Positions 40,942-51,355 of a DNA stretch of 64,000 nt are shown piece after piece (within the stretch, counting starts at the first letter, position 1; every line of letters begins with the position of its first letter). The translations under genes were made by a program, and so were the position numbers. The stretch spans positions 47,821-111,820 of the forward strand of contig JBBCKI010000072.1 of NCBI GenBank assembly GCA_037190965.1. The letters run 5' to 3'. The notes under the pieces were generated by a model, which saw nothing but the letters and a program-made list of their open reading frames with translations, searched no databases and was not told where the DNA came from. The DNA is from Chthoniobacteraceae bacterium (GTDB lineage: Bacteria > Verrucomicrobiota > Verrucomicrobiia > Chthoniobacterales > Chthoniobacteraceae).

Positions 40942-42224
40942 GGCGCGGGGGAGCGGGCCGGGGCGGCGTTCTCCCGGCGATCGCGCTCAATGGCTTTGTT
41001 GATGCGCCTTGTGGCGATTTCGAGCGCCTCTCGGGCCGGAAGCGTGCCGCGCAGGGCGCGCTCAACGGCAAGATCGAATTCGGTGAAAAATTCGAAGATG
41101 AACGGAACGCGCGGAGAGTATCGGACGTAAGGGATCTGCCGCGCGAACGCGCTCTGGATGCGCATGGCGGCAAACTCCGGAGTCTCGCGAAGGCTGATGC
41201 GGACGGGAATCTGCCCGGCGCGCGCCCATTGAAGGCTGTGGTCGGAGAGAAACGTGATGAAGCGCCACGCGGCTTCCCGTTTCCTGCCCGCAAGCCCGGG
41301 GCTCAGGCAAAGCCCGTGGGAGTCGGCCCAGGTGGCAGCTTGTTTTCCCAGCACCGGGAGGGGTGCGCCGCCGAAGTCGAGCTCCGGCTGTTTCTCAAGA
41401 TCGGAGAGGAGGAAGAGCCCCTCGAAAGTCAGGGCGACGCGCCCCTGCCGGAAACCGATCCAGGCGTTGAAGTTCTCCGGTCGGGGGGTAAGCCCTTCGC
41501 GGATGAGCCCGGCGCAGAACTCCAGCGCGGCAATGTTGGGCTCGGAGTCGAGCAGGCAGCGCTGCCCGTCCTCGCTGACCAGTCGCCCGCCGAATTGGGC
41601 CATGATCGCCATGAGGTTCGTGCGGAACGTGGTGAAGACGAACCCCCACACTGGCGCGCCGTCGGCGTTGCGGTTTCTGAAGTGTCGGAGCACGGCGAGA
41701 AATTCCTCCCGGTTCGTCGGCGGTTGCGTGAAGCCGCCTTCGCGCAACAGCCGTTCGTTGGTGAACATCCCCAGAGGGTGAATGTCGAGGGGGACGGCCA
41801 TCTGGACGTGGTTGATTTCCATGGCTCGCCAGACGTTGGGGTCGAAATCATTCACCGGTAGGGGCGGCAGGGGGGCGGGCCCGGCAATCAGGGGGCCGAG
41901 CGGTTCAAGCAGGTTGGCGCGCGCGAATCGCGGGAGGCTGCTGGCGTGAACCACGAAGACCTCCGGGGCGCGTCCGCCGAGGCTGGCGACGAAAAGTTTG
42001 TTGTAGTAGGTGCCCCAGTCCATGCGCTGCATGAGCACCCGGATATCGGGATTCTGCTGGTTGAACTCGCGGATGATCTTCAGCATCGTCCGTCCGTCGG
42101 GCCCGGTGAATCCGTTCCAGAAGCGAAGCGTGACAGCCTCGGAAGCGGTGGTTCCGGGCCGTTGGAGAAGGAAAAATCCTCCCGCGAGCAGGGCGAGCAA
42201 CAGGATGACGCGCAGGAGTCTCAT
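40938..42224 (-). CDS. Sugar ABC substrate-binding protein
   Basis: N-terminal hydrophobic anchor; FWNGFTGPDG..FN..NPDI; operon context. Confidence 0.88.
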   Translation of the reverse strand: MRLLRVILLLALLAGGFFLLQRPGTTASEAVTLRFWNGFTGPDGRTMLKIIREFNQQNPDIRVLMQRMDWGTYYNKLFVASLGGRAPEVFVVHASSLPRFARANLLEPLGPLIAGPAPLPPLPVNDFDPNVWRAMEINHVQMAVPLDIHPLGMFTNERLLREGGFTQPPTNREEFLAVLRHFRNRNADGAPVWGFVFTTFRTNLMAIMAQFGGRLVSEDGQRCLLDSEPNIAALEFCAGLIREGLTPRPENFNAWIGFRQGRVALTFEGLFLLSDLEKQPELDFGGAPLPVLGKQAATWADSHGLCLSPGLAGRKREAAWRFITFLSDHSLQWARAGQIPVRISLRETPEFAAMRIQSAFARQIPYVRYSPRVPFIFEFFTEFDLAVERALRGTLPAREALEIATRRINKAIERDRRENAAPARSPAP

Positions 42225-42323
42225 TCGGAACTCACTTCGCGGCGGGCCTTGCGTTTGCGGGCGCTCGTGCGACGTTTTCATGGGCTCGGGGAGGCCCGGG
42301 TGTCGCCATCAGACAAAGATCCA

Positions 42324-43364
42324 ATGACGAAGAAGCAATTCCATCACCGGTTCCTGCTCCGCCTGCTGGCGGCGACGCTTGCTATCGCCGTGCCGATACC
42401 GTTGGTCTTTGCCGACCGGGCCGGTGCGCCGGACGCCATGTTTTGGGTGCAGAACCCGGTTTTTCCGGCTCCTTCACAGGACCCGTGGGTGGTGCAGGGA
42501 AATGGCCGCTTCTACGAAGTGCGTTCCGACGGATTGCGGATTCTGGTGCGCACCTCGGATCGATTCCGCGATCTGATGGGGCAGCTTTCCCACGAGGTTT
42601 GGAGGGCTCCCGCTCTTGGGCCGAACTCGCAGAACGTCTGGGCTCCCGAGATGCATTGGTTGCAGGGGAAATGGTGGATCTTTTATGCGGCGGATGACGG
42701 ACACAACGCGAACCATCGGGTCTTCGTGATGGAATCCAAAACGGCGGATCCCGCCGACGGTTTCGTGGATCGCGGGCGTTGGGAGACACAAGGCTGGGCC
42801 ATCGACCCTACGGTTTTCGCCGGAGAGGACGGGGCGCTCTACGCGCTTTGGTCGGGCTGGCCGGGCAACGCCGATGGCCAGCAGAATCTTTATATCTCCC
42901 GGATGCGCGACCCCGCGACCTTGATGGGAGAGCGGGTGCGGATCGCCGCTCCGACGTTGATGTGGGAGCGGATGTCGCTGCCGGTCTGCGAGGGGCCGCA
43001 GGTGTTGAAGCGGGGCGGCCTGACCTTTGTGGTCTACTCCGCGAGCGGCTCGTGGACGAAGGATTATTGCCTGGGAATGCTGGTCAATCGCCAGGGCGAT
43101 TACATGAACCCGGACGCCTGGGAAAAACTCCCCATCCCGGTGCTGACCTCCACGGACGCCGTCTGGGGCGTGGGGCATTGCGCCTTCCTGAGTTCAAAGG
43201 AAACCGGCGATCTCATCTTCTACCATGCCAAAACCCGGCAGGCGGCGGGTTGGGAAGACCGCAATGTCCGGGTGCAGCCGTTCAGCTGGCGCGAGGATGG
43301 TTTTCCCAGCTTCGGGAAGCCGGTGAACCCGGGGCTGCCGGTGGCAATTGTTCCGGGGGGATAG
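42324..43364 (+). CDS. GH43 glycoside hydrolase (arabinofuranosidase-like)
   Basis: DPWV, WAPE, WAIDP, EGP, YSAS, GH motifs; signal peptide. Confidence 0.9.
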   Translation: MTKKQFHHRFLLRLLAATLAIAVPIPLVFADRAGAPDAMFWVQNPVFPAPSQDPWVVQGNGRFYEVRSDGLRILVRTSDRFRDLMGQLSHEVWRAPALGPNSQNVWAPEMHWLQGKWWIFYAADDGHNANHRVFVMESKTADPADGFVDRGRWETQGWAIDPTVFAGEDGALYALWSGWPGNADGQQNLYISRMRDPATLMGERVRIAAPTLMWERMSLPVCEGPQVLKRGGLTFVVYSASGSWTKDYCLGMLVNRQGDYMNPDAWEKLPIPVLTSTDAVWGVGHCAFLSSKETGDLIFYHAKTRQAAGWEDRNVRVQPFSWREDGFPSFGKPVNPGLPVAIVPGG

Positions 43365-43387
43365 AGCGCCTCTCCAAAACTCGATAA

Positions 43388-44584
43388 TTATTTCATCATT
43401 TGATTTCCGTTTGCATCCACGAGGATCGGCTCGTAAGGCCACTTTGACTTATCCTGGTAGATTAATTCCTTCGTCTTCACATTGAGGTAAACTGATGTGA
43501 AGCGGGGCTCCCCCTTGGCGTCGATGATCAAGTATCCCCAATGGCCGAGTTCATTATCTTTAGGTTCCGAACCAGTGATCTTTGTCAAAATTTCTATGAG
43601 TTCCGGCGTGTCCCAATGAAGTCGGTCGCCCTGCGTTCGGAGTCGAATGCCAGTCGCTTCTCCATCCTCAAACCGTTTGGAGACAAAAGGATGTTCGAAG
43701 GCGGTCTTGAGTGCGCCAAGGATATCGGCGGGCGTCATTGAAACCTCGAGGCGCTTGCCTTCAATAACGGGAAAAACGACGTTTACTGTCGCGGTGTGAA
43801 GCAATTTCCTTTTTGGCGTTAAGTCGGCTTTCCATGTTTCGCCTTTCAGAGAGCAACTTGAGTACGTCCAACGCATGGCACCGATACCGGATACCTCAAA
43901 GTGCTTCTTGAAAGTGTTTTTGAACGAACTTTTATTGAAAAGTTCAACGCCCTTTTCGTTCGCTTTAGCCTCTTCCTCAGCCCAAACCTCACGTGCGCTC
44001 CTGGCTCCTTCATCCTCGCGGCTGGAGATGATATTTCCCGTCGTGTAGTCAAAACTATAGGCGGTCTTATCAATCATGACCAAATGAAACGCTTCTCCAC
44101 TGAAACCGGTTGGTTCTGACTGAATTCTAGGACGCCAATCGTAATGGCTTGTGGAATCTTCGAGAAGGGCGGGCTTTTTGATGAGTTCCCGTACTTCGTA
44201 CTCCTTCAGTAGTTTTCCCCGATCGTAGAACGCAATCGCCAAATCTGTGTGCTTTTCCTGATCGCTTGCTCAGGGGCCAAACCGGACAAAATATTTTCCA
44301 TCCTCCGAGAGGTAACCTTCAAAGGTATACCATCCGTTCGTTCGCCACAGTTCATGGAACTCTCCGTCTTCGGTAATCTGATAGGCGACGCCAAAGGCGT
44401 CGCGTTCGGTAACGAAATTTTCGCCTTCTTCCCGCCACTTAGGGGGAACCATCTTGAACAGGAAATTACCGCGCTCAGTGGTTTTCACCCACGGAACAGG
44501 CATTGCAGGACTGTCTGCAATGGCATCGATTTGGGTGATCGTCCAAGCAACAGCAATGAATGCGATGAGGGGAAGGCTCTTCAT
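43388..44584 (-). pseudogene. Secreted hypothetical protein interrupted by one in-frame TGA
   Basis: ORFs 44270-44584 and 43388-44242 are in the same frame: VRFGP-TGA-ASDQEKHTDLAIAFY. Visibly AT-richer than the flanks. Confidence 0.7.
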
Positions 44585-44703
44585 TCTTTCTACAACGTGC
44601 CGTAGGCGGAACGTAGAAGAAAGACTGCGGAAATGAAAGCCTATAGGGGGGCGTCTCCTGGACTGGAGGGGCGGTGTGGTGGTTGGGACTCTGGGCCGCC
44701 GCG

Positions 44704-45549
44704 CTACACCAACTCTTCCAAAAACTTCCGCCCGTCGAACGGCTCCAACTGCTCCAGCTTCTCCCCGCGCCCAATGAACCGGGTCGGTAGCCCCAGTTCA
44801 TTCTGGATCGCGATGACAGTGCCTCCTTTGCCGCTGCCGTCGAGCTTGGTGACGATCACACCGGTAAGGCCTATCGCCTGGTTGAACTCCCGCGCTTGTT
44901 GAAGGGCGTTGCTGCCGGTGGTGGCGTCGACGACGATCCAGACTTCGTGCGGCGCGGTTTCGTCGTGCTTTGCGAAGATGCGCTTCACTTTGTTGAGTTC
45001 CGCCATCAGGTTCTGCTTGGTGTGCAGGCGGCCTGCGGTGTCGCAGATGAGAAATTCGATGTTCTTGCGCGCTGCGGACGAGTAGGCGTCGTAGCAGAGC
45101 GCGGCGGGGTCGGCGTTGTATTGCCCCTTGATCATCTCCACGCCGATTCGCTCCGCCCAGACGCCGAGCTGCTCGATGGCGGCGGCGCGGAAGGTGTCGG
45201 CAGCGGCGAGCATGACGCTGTGCCGGCGGGACTTGAGGTAATGCGCCAGTTTGGCGGTGCTGGTGGTCTTGCCGGTGCCGTTGACGCCGACCATCAGGAT
45301 AACTTTTGGCTTGGCGGGGAAGGGGCGTAGCGGCGGGTTGTCGAGCGGCAGGACCTTGGCGATCTCGGCACGGGCCACTTCCACCACATCGTCGGCGGTG
45401 ACTTTCTCGCGGGCTTGCAGCGCCGTGAGAATCTTCATCGTCATCGGTACGCCGAGATCGGAGCGGATGAGCGTTTCTTCCAGTTCGTCCCAGTCCACCG
45501 GCTTCCCGGTGAATTTCTGGAGGATGTTTTTGAAGAACCCGAATGCCAT
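44704..45549 (-). CDS. ftsY: SRP receptor FtsY
   Basis: GVNGTGKTT, DTFRAAA, DTAGR, TKLDG. Confidence 0.96.
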   Translation of the reverse strand: MAFGFFKNILQKFTGKPVDWDELEETLIRSDLGVPMTMKILTALQAREKVTADDVVEVARAEIAKVLPLDNPPLRPFPAKPKVILMVGVNGTGKTTSTAKLAHYLKSRRHSVMLAAADTFRAAAIEQLGVWAERIGVEMIKGQYNADPAALCYDAYSSAARKNIEFLICDTAGRLHTKQNLMAELNKVKRIFAKHDETAPHEVWIVVDATTGSNALQQAREFNQAIGLTGVIVTKLDGSGKGGTVIAIQNELGLPTRFIGRGEKLEQLEPFDGRKFLEELV

Positions 45550-45557
45550 GGTGAAAA

Positions 45558-46007
45558 TCAGGCCGAGGCCGAACCGCCGCCTGTTCTGGCAGCGCGAGAA
45601 GGGCGAGGGAGGTCGGCGCGAATGCGGTCGAGGACACCGTTTACAAACCGGCCCGAATCCTCGGAGCCGAACCGCTTGGCGATCTCAATGGCCTCGTTGA
45701 TGGAGACGACAGGGGGCACTTCAGGGCAGAAGAGCATCTCGTAAATGGCGATGCGGAGAATGTTGCGGTCGACGGCGGCGATCCGGTGGAGATCGTAGTT
45801 CGAGGCCGATTTGCGGATGCGCTCATCGATGGCTTCCTGATTGGCCAACACCCCTTCGGCGAGATTGGTGCCAAACTCCCGAACTTTCTTATTCGCTGGG
45901 CGCAAATCCCAGAAGCCCTCGACGGAACCGGCGTTGATGTTTCCGTTAAGATCGCGTTGATAAAGAAACTGAACGGCCGCTTCGCGGCCTTCTCGGCGTG
46001 CTCCCAT
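45558..46007 (-). CDS. nusB: Transcription antitermination factor NusB
   Basis: RR.GRE.A.Q.LY, DRNILR, INEAIEIAKRF, FVNGVLD. Confidence 0.96.
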   Translation of the reverse strand: MGARREGREAAVQFLYQRDLNGNINAGSVEGFWDLRPANKKVREFGTNLAEGVLANQEAIDERIRKSASNYDLHRIAAVDRNILRIAIYEMLFCPEVPPVVSINEAIEIAKRFGSEDSGRFVNGVLDRIRADLPRPSRAARTGGGSASA

Positions 46008-46113
46008 GATTAAAATTTTGTCACTCGTTTTGAGTTCGGTAAGAGGTCAAAGATCGGCTCGAAACCGGGCGCGGGCGCGCGGCATGAGGATAAATGTTCT
46101 GGAAATCGGCGGA

Positions 46114-46605
46114 TTAAGACTCGGGATAACGTTGCTTGATATCCCCGATGACTTGGGTGATCCGCACCGCGGCCCGGGCGGCTTCCGTTCCCCGATTGAG
46201 TTCGGCGCAAAGGGTACGGGCACGCGCTTGCTCTTCATTTTTGACGAGGAGAACCTCATGAATGACGGGAGTGCGGAAACGGAGAGCGATGTCCTGGATC
46301 GCGTTGGTCACCGACTGGCCGATCAACTCGGCATGCGCGGTTTCCCCCTCGATGATGACGCCAAGGGCGATCAGGGCGTCCATCCCGCCGCGATGAGCAA
46401 GTTCCTGCAAAACCACGGGAATTTCAAATGCCCCGGGGACTTCAAAGAGGGTGACCTGGACATTCGGAATGAGGACTTCAAGCTCGGCGCGGGTGGCCGC
46501 GACAAGGCCCTGGACGTATTCCGGATTGTACTGGCTTGCGACAATGCCGAACGACTTCCTCTGGAACGGCGCGAAACGCGGGCGATTGGGGATGATGTTC
46601 GACAT
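46114..46605 (-). CDS. ribH: 6,7-dimethyl-8-ribityllumazine synthase
   Basis: VPGAFEIP, LGVII.GET.H; located between ribBA and nusB. Confidence 0.92.
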   Translation of the reverse strand: MSNIIPNRPRFAPFQRKSFGIVASQYNPEYVQGLVAATRAELEVLIPNVQVTLFEVPGAFEIPVVLQELAHRGGMDALIALGVIIEGETAHAELIGQSVTNAIQDIALRFRTPVIHEVLLVKNEEQARARTLCAELNRGTEAARAAVRITQVIGDIKQRYPES

Positions 46606-46682
46606 AGGTTTGAAAGTGGTTAAAGCGGCCCGACTTTAGAGAAGTCGCTGGAATCTGCAAGCACCGCCAAAGATAAAAATGA

Positions 46683-47882
46683 TTAAAGAAGATGCCCCAT
46701 TTTGAGCCGTTTGGTCTCCAAATATTTGGCATTGTGGGGGTTTGCGGGCGTGCGGATCGGGACGATCTCGACGATCTCCAGCCCGTATGCCTCCAGCCCG
46801 ATGACCTTTTTTGGATTATTGGAGAGAAAACGCATCTTCCTCACGCCGAGGTCGGCGAGAATCTGCGCACCGAGGCCGTACTCGCGCAATTCGGCGGGGA
46901 AACCGAGGCGTTCGTTTGCCTCCACGGTGTCGAGCCCTTCTTCCTGGAGTTTGTAGGCGTGAATCTTTGCGGGCAGCCCGATGCCGCGCCCTTCCTGCCT
47001 CATGTAAACAAGAATGCCGCTCTCAGCCTTCTCAATCTGTTGCAACGCCGCATGGAGTTGCGGCCCGCAGTCGCATCGCATCGAGCCGAAAACGTCGCCG
47101 GTGAGGCATTCGCTGTGAACGCGCACGAGAGTGGGCTCGGTTTCCGAAATCTCGCCTTTGACGAGTGCCAGGTGGTGCGCTCCGTCGATGACCGAGCGGT
47201 ACATGTGGAGCTGGAAATCGCCGTAGTCGGTCGGGAGATTGATGACCTGCTCGCGCTCGATCAGCTTTTCCTCCTTGCGGCGGTAGGCGATGAGGTCGCT
47301 GATCGTGCCGATCTTGAGGCCATGTTTTTCCTTGAACTTCAACAGTTCGGGCAGGCGGGCCATGGTTCCGTCATCGTGCAGAATCTCGCAGATGACCCCG
47401 GCGGGCTGAAGTCCCGCGAGGCGGGCGAGATCGACGGCGGCTTCGGTGTGGCCCGCACGCTGGAGCACCCCGCCGCCCTTGGCCTTGAGCGGGAAAACGT
47501 GGCCGGGCTGGACGAGATCGGTCGGTTTGGCCGCTGGATCGACAAGGATGCGGATCGTGGCCGCGCGGTCGACGGCGCTGATTCCGGTGCCAATGCCGTG
47601 CGCGGCGTCCACCGAGACGGTGAAATCGGTCTTCTGGCTTTCACGATTTTCCAGCACCATGCGCTGGAGGCCAAGTTGTTCCGCGCGGCGGGCGGTGAGG
47701 GGGGTGCAGATCAACCCGCGCCCGTGCATCGCCATGAAGTTGACGGCTTCGGGCGTGACTTTTTCGGCTGCCATCAGGAGGTCGCCCTCGTTCTCGCGGT
47801 CGGCGTCGTCGGTAATGATGACCATCTTCCCGGCGCGGATGTCGGCAAGCACCTCTTCGATCGTATTAAACTGAATCTCCAT
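46683..47882 (-). CDS. ribBA: Bifunctional DHBP synthase / GTP cyclohydrolase II
   Basis: [35 protein letters not shown]. Confidence 0.96.
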   Translation of the reverse strand: MEIQFNTIEEVLADIRAGKMVIITDDADRENEGDLLMAAEKVTPEAVNFMAMHGRGLICTPLTARRAEQLGLQRMVLENRESQKTDFTVSVDAAHGIGTGISAVDRAATIRILVDPAAKPTDLVQPGHVFPLKAKGGGVLQRAGHTEAAVDLARLAGLQPAGVICEILHDDGTMARLPELLKFKEKHGLKIGTISDLIAYRRKEEKLIEREQVINLPTDYGDFQLHMYRSVIDGAHHLALVKGEISETEPTLVRVHSECLTGDVFGSMRCDCGPQLHAALQQIEKAESGILVYMRQEGRGIGLPAKIHAYKLQEEGLDTVEANERLGFPAELREYGLGAQILADLGVRKMRFLSNNPKKVIGLEAYGLEIVEIVPIRTPANPHNAKYLETKRLKMGHLL

Positions 47883-47941
47883 CGGAATCTCTATTGATAG
47901 GCCGGAAAGGGCGGGCTTGCACGTAATTCCGGCAGTTTGCG

Positions 47942-49120
47942 CTAAAACCCCGGGGGGCGATGAAAGGTGAGGAGCGGTTCGCCGGGGAGATGACCTCCCG
48001 GATAGTGCCTCGGCAGCCCGAAAAAGGCGGCAAGGGTGGCGGCGACGTCGGTGAAGCTCTCGCGAATTCCCAGCGGGCCGGTGCGCCCGTCGTAATGCGC
48101 GAGGATGGGGACTTCCTCCCGGGTGTGATCGGAGCCGGGCAGGGTGGGGTCGTTGCCGTGATCCGAGGTGATGAGAATGAGGTCGTCGCTGTCCGTTTCT
48201 TCGAGAAAATCGGCTAGCCAGTCGTCGAAATGTTCCAGAGCCCTGGCGAATCCGTGGGGATCGCGCCGGTGCCCGTAGAGGGTGTCGAAGTCGCTCACGT
48301 TGGCGAAGATCATCCCGTCGTTGGAGGCGTTCCAGAGGCGAGTAATGGCCTCCAGGGTTTCGCGGTTGGAGTCGGTTTGGTGATCCCGGGTAACACCGCT
48401 GTGTGCAAAGATATCGCTGATCTTGCCGATCCCTTCGACCGGGAGGCCCGCTTCGGCTATGGAGTTGAGGATGGTGTGCGGCGGCGCGATGGAGTAATCG
48501 TGTCGGCCCGGGGCTTCGGTCCAATGCCCCGGTTCCCCGGAGAAGGGGCGGGCAATCACGCGGCCGATGTGCCATTCATCGCAGAGACGGCGGGCGATGC
48601 GGCAGATTTCATAAAGACGGGCCAGCGGCACGGTGTCGACGTGCGCGGCGATCTGGAGGACGGAGCTGGCAGTGGTGTAGAGGATCGGTTTGCCCGTGCG
48701 GCGATGTTCCTCTCCATGGCGGGCAAGGAGGGCTCCAGTGCTTCCCATGCTGTTGCCGAGGAATTCGACGCCGGCATCCCGGGTGATTGCGGCGATGAGC
48801 GGTTCCGGGAAGCTTTCGAAGGTGGCAAAGGGAATTTCGGTGATCGTCCCGGCAAGCTCCCAATGGCCGCTCGTAGTGTCATTGCCCGCGGAGCGGGGGC
48901 GCATCCGTCCGTAACAGCCGGAGCACTTGCGGGCGGGCGGATCGAAAACGCGCCCTTCCAGGACTTCGCCCAGGCCGAGGGAGAAGAGGGTGGGTAGATC
49001 GAGATCGGGAACGGCGATCTTCAGGTGGCCCAGCGTGTCCGCACCGGGAGCGTGAAAACGGTCCGCGTCAGGAGCGTCACCCACGCCGAGCCCGTCGAGA
49101 ACAAGGAGGAGCGCTCTCAT
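47942..49120 (-). CDS. deoB: Phosphopentomutase
   Basis: [41 protein letters not shown]. Confidence 0.9.
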   Translation of the reverse strand: MRALLLVLDGLGVGDAPDADRFHAPGADTLGHLKIAVPDLDLPTLFSLGLGEVLEGRVFDPPARKCSGCYGRMRPRSAGNDTTSGHWELAGTITEIPFATFESFPEPLIAAITRDAGVEFLGNSMGSTGALLARHGEEHRRTGKPILYTTASSVLQIAAHVDTVPLARLYEICRIARRLCDEWHIGRVIARPFSGEPGHWTEAPGRHDYSIAPPHTILNSIAEAGLPVEGIGKISDIFAHSGVTRDHQTDSNRETLEAITRLWNASNDGMIFANVSDFDTLYGHRRDPHGFARALEHFDDWLADFLEETDSDDLILITSDHGNDPTLPGSDHTREEVPILAHYDGRTGPLGIRESFTDVAATLAAFFGLPRHYPGGHLPGEPLLTFHRPPGF

Positions 49121-49165
49121 GATTGCGGGATGGGGCGGAAAGAGGAGGGCATCGAGCCGTTGTCC

Positions 49166-49248
49166 CAAAGCGGCGGAAAACCGCCGCACTCCAAGACGCT
49201 CCCGCGCTCCGTCACGCACCAGACAGGCGCGGAGTGTCTGGGAGTGCG
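49166..49248. repeat. REP-like palindromic element (GGAGTGCG type)
   Basis: GCGGCGG-AAAA-CCGCCGC hairpin plus inverted CGCACTCCAAGACGCTCCCGCGC / GCGCGGAGTGTCTGGGAGTGCG. Confidence 0.6.
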
Positions 49249-49333
49249 TACGTGAAGTGCTGCTTTGTCGCTACTCTCTCTCTTCAAGGCCATGCCTTTG
49301 CGGGTTTCGTTTGTGTTTCCGGGCCATTGGCCG

Positions 49334-49366
49334 AAAGAAAAAGGGCTCCGGCGCGAACCGGAGCCC
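49334..49366 (-). terminator. Rho-independent terminator of rpoA-rplQ
   Basis: GGGCTCCGG/CCGGAGCCC stem with a U tract on the minus strand. Confidence 0.85.
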
Positions 49367-49400
49367 CTCTTTAATTCATTCGGATTCGGATGAACCTGCT

Positions 49401-49925
49401 TTATTCAGCGGATTCCTTGGATTCCGGAGCAGCCTCGTCGGCGGCGGGCTTGGCCTTCTTGGCGCGGGGCTTCTTGGCGGGCTTCTCAGCCACTTCTTCA
49501 GCGGCGGGAGCTTCCACGACCGTGGTCGAGGAGGCCGAGGAGACGGCCAGCGGCGCTTCCGTCACGACCTGATCAACCCACTCGAGGTAAGCGATCGGCG
49601 CGGCGTCGCTCTTGCGGTAGCCGAGCTTGATGATGCGGGTGTACCCCCCGTTGCGCGAGGCGGAGCGCGGTGCAACCTCCGTGAAGAGCTTGCGGACGGC
49701 GGCTTCGTTGTGGAGCAGGTAAGCCAGCGCGGTACGGCGGGCATGCAGGGTGCCTTTCTTGCCGAGCGTGAGCATCTTCTCCGCGAGCGGCCGGACGGCC
49801 TTGGCTTTCGCCAGGGTGGTCTGGATGCGGGAGTGTTCGATCAAGCTGACGACCTGATTGGCCAGGAGGGCGTCCCGGTGGGAAGCGGTTCTCCCGAGTT
49901 TGACGGTCTTTTTCTGATGGCGCAT
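49401..49925 (-). CDS. rplQ: 50S ribosomal protein L17 with Ala/Glu/Lys-rich tail
   Basis: MRH..KLGR..SHR, I.TT.AKAK, RNGGYTRIIK. Confidence 0.97.
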   Translation of the reverse strand: MRHQKKTVKLGRTASHRDALLANQVVSLIEHSRIQTTLAKAKAVRPLAEKMLTLGKKGTLHARRTALAYLLHNEAAVRKLFTEVAPRSASRNGGYTRIIKLGYRKSDAAPIAYLEWVDQVVTEAPLAVSSASSTTVVEAPAAEEVAEKPAKKPRAKKAKPAADEAAPESKESAE

Positions 49926-49970
49926 GTCTAAATCGACTGTAAGTAGTCGCGGTTAAATGAGTTGGATGGA

Positions 49971-50984
49971 TTACCGGGTGTAGCTCTCGCTGCTCGGGGA
50001 CTCGATGAGAGCGGTGTCGAATTTCATTCCGAGCGCAAGGCCGAGCTGCGTGAGCTTTTCCTTGATCTCGTTGAGCGACTTCTTGCCGAAGTTGCGGTAC
50101 TTGAGCATCTCCGCTTCGGTCTTCTGCGCGAGTTGGCCAACGGTCGTGATGTTGGCGTTGTTCAAGCAGTTGGCGGCGCGGACGGAGAGTTCGATCTCGT
50201 TGACGCTCATGTTGAGGAGCTTCTTGAGAGCGGCGTTCTCCTGGCTGACTTCCTTCGGCGTTTCGTCGAACTCGACGGCGTTTTCGTCGTAGTTGACGAA
50301 CGGATCGAGGTGATGGCGCAGGATGGCCGAGGCCTGGAGGAGCGCGTCCTCGGGCTTGATGCGGCCATCGGTCCAGACTTCGAGCACGAGCTTGTCGTAG
50401 TCAGTGCGCTGGCCCACGCGGGTGGCTTCCACCGCGTATTTGACGCGGGTAACCGGAGAGAAGATGGAGTCGATCGGGATCACGCCGATCGGCATGTCCG
50501 GATATTTGTTTTCGTCGCCGGTGGCGAATCCACGGCCAACTTTGAGTTCGAGTTCGGCTTCGAACTTCTGCTTCTTATCGAGCGTGCAGATGACGAGGTC
50601 CTTGTTCAGGACTTCGATGCCGGTCACTTCCTGGATGTCCCCGGCGGTGACGGCGCCTTCCTTGTTGACGGAGATCGAGAGGCGGCGGGATTCGTGATCG
50701 GCCGACTTGAACTTGACCTTCTTGAGGTTGAGGACGATGTCGGTGCAGTCTTCGACGACGCCCGGCAGCGTGGCAAATTCGTGTTGCGCGCCATGGATGC
50801 GCACGGTGGTGATGGCGGCGCCTTCCAGCGAGGAGAGGAGCACGCGGCGCAGGGAGTTACCCAGCGTGTGGCCGTAACCAGCCTCGAACGGTTCAGCCAC
50901 GAACGTGGCGTAGGTATCGGTGGCATTGCTCTCGTCCTTGACGAGAGTTTTCGGCATTTCAAAACGTCCTAAACGGATCGGCAT
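49971..50984 (-). CDS. rpoA: RNA polymerase alpha subunit
   Basis: GYGHTLGNSLRRVLLSS, HEF, DSIFSPV, ELSVRAANCL, NFGKKSLNEI. Confidence 0.98.
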   Translation of the reverse strand: MPIRLGRFEMPKTLVKDESNATDTYATFVAEPFEAGYGHTLGNSLRRVLLSSLEGAAITTVRIHGAQHEFATLPGVVEDCTDIVLNLKKVKFKSADHESRRLSISVNKEGAVTAGDIQEVTGIEVLNKDLVICTLDKKQKFEAELELKVGRGFATGDENKYPDMPIGVIPIDSIFSPVTRVKYAVEATRVGQRTDYDKLVLEVWTDGRIKPEDALLQASAILRHHLDPFVNYDENAVEFDETPKEVSQENAALKKLLNMSVNEIELSVRAANCLNNANITTVGQLAQKTEAEMLKYRNFGKKSLNEIKEKLTQLGLALGMKFDTALIESPSSESYTR

Positions 50985-51355
50985 AATGGCAAGTTGGCAA
51001 GTGGGATCGGGAAGAGAAAAAGCGGCTCTCCGGTGCGGTTTGACGGTTTAATGGTCTAACGCACGGGCCGCGGGACGGTCTGTTTCAAAGATCTTCTTCT
51101 GTTCCTTTTCTTCTTGTTCTTGTAATCCGCCGGGTTACCCCTGGCGCAGATGGCTCGTGATCATGAGATCGGAGCCCAGGGACCAACGGCGGCTTCTTTA
51201 TTGCGCTTGGGAGGGGCGAAGAAACACCAAGTTTCCCCGGTTGTCCACCCGAAAATGCTTGCGCTTTGGATTTCGGGGAACCGCTGACCTTTGGGATGCG
51301 GAGAACCGTAGGCCGGGGAGGGGTAATGCCCTGGAACGGTTTTACTCAAACCGCT

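Noticed and set aside
47883..47941. FMN riboswitch upstream of the rib genes
   Set aside because: Only ~60 bp of spacer and no FMN aptamer consensus.
46683..48575. Apparent 630-aa RibBA with a long N-terminal extension
   Set aside because: The extension is an off-frame read of deoB; the real start is at 47882.
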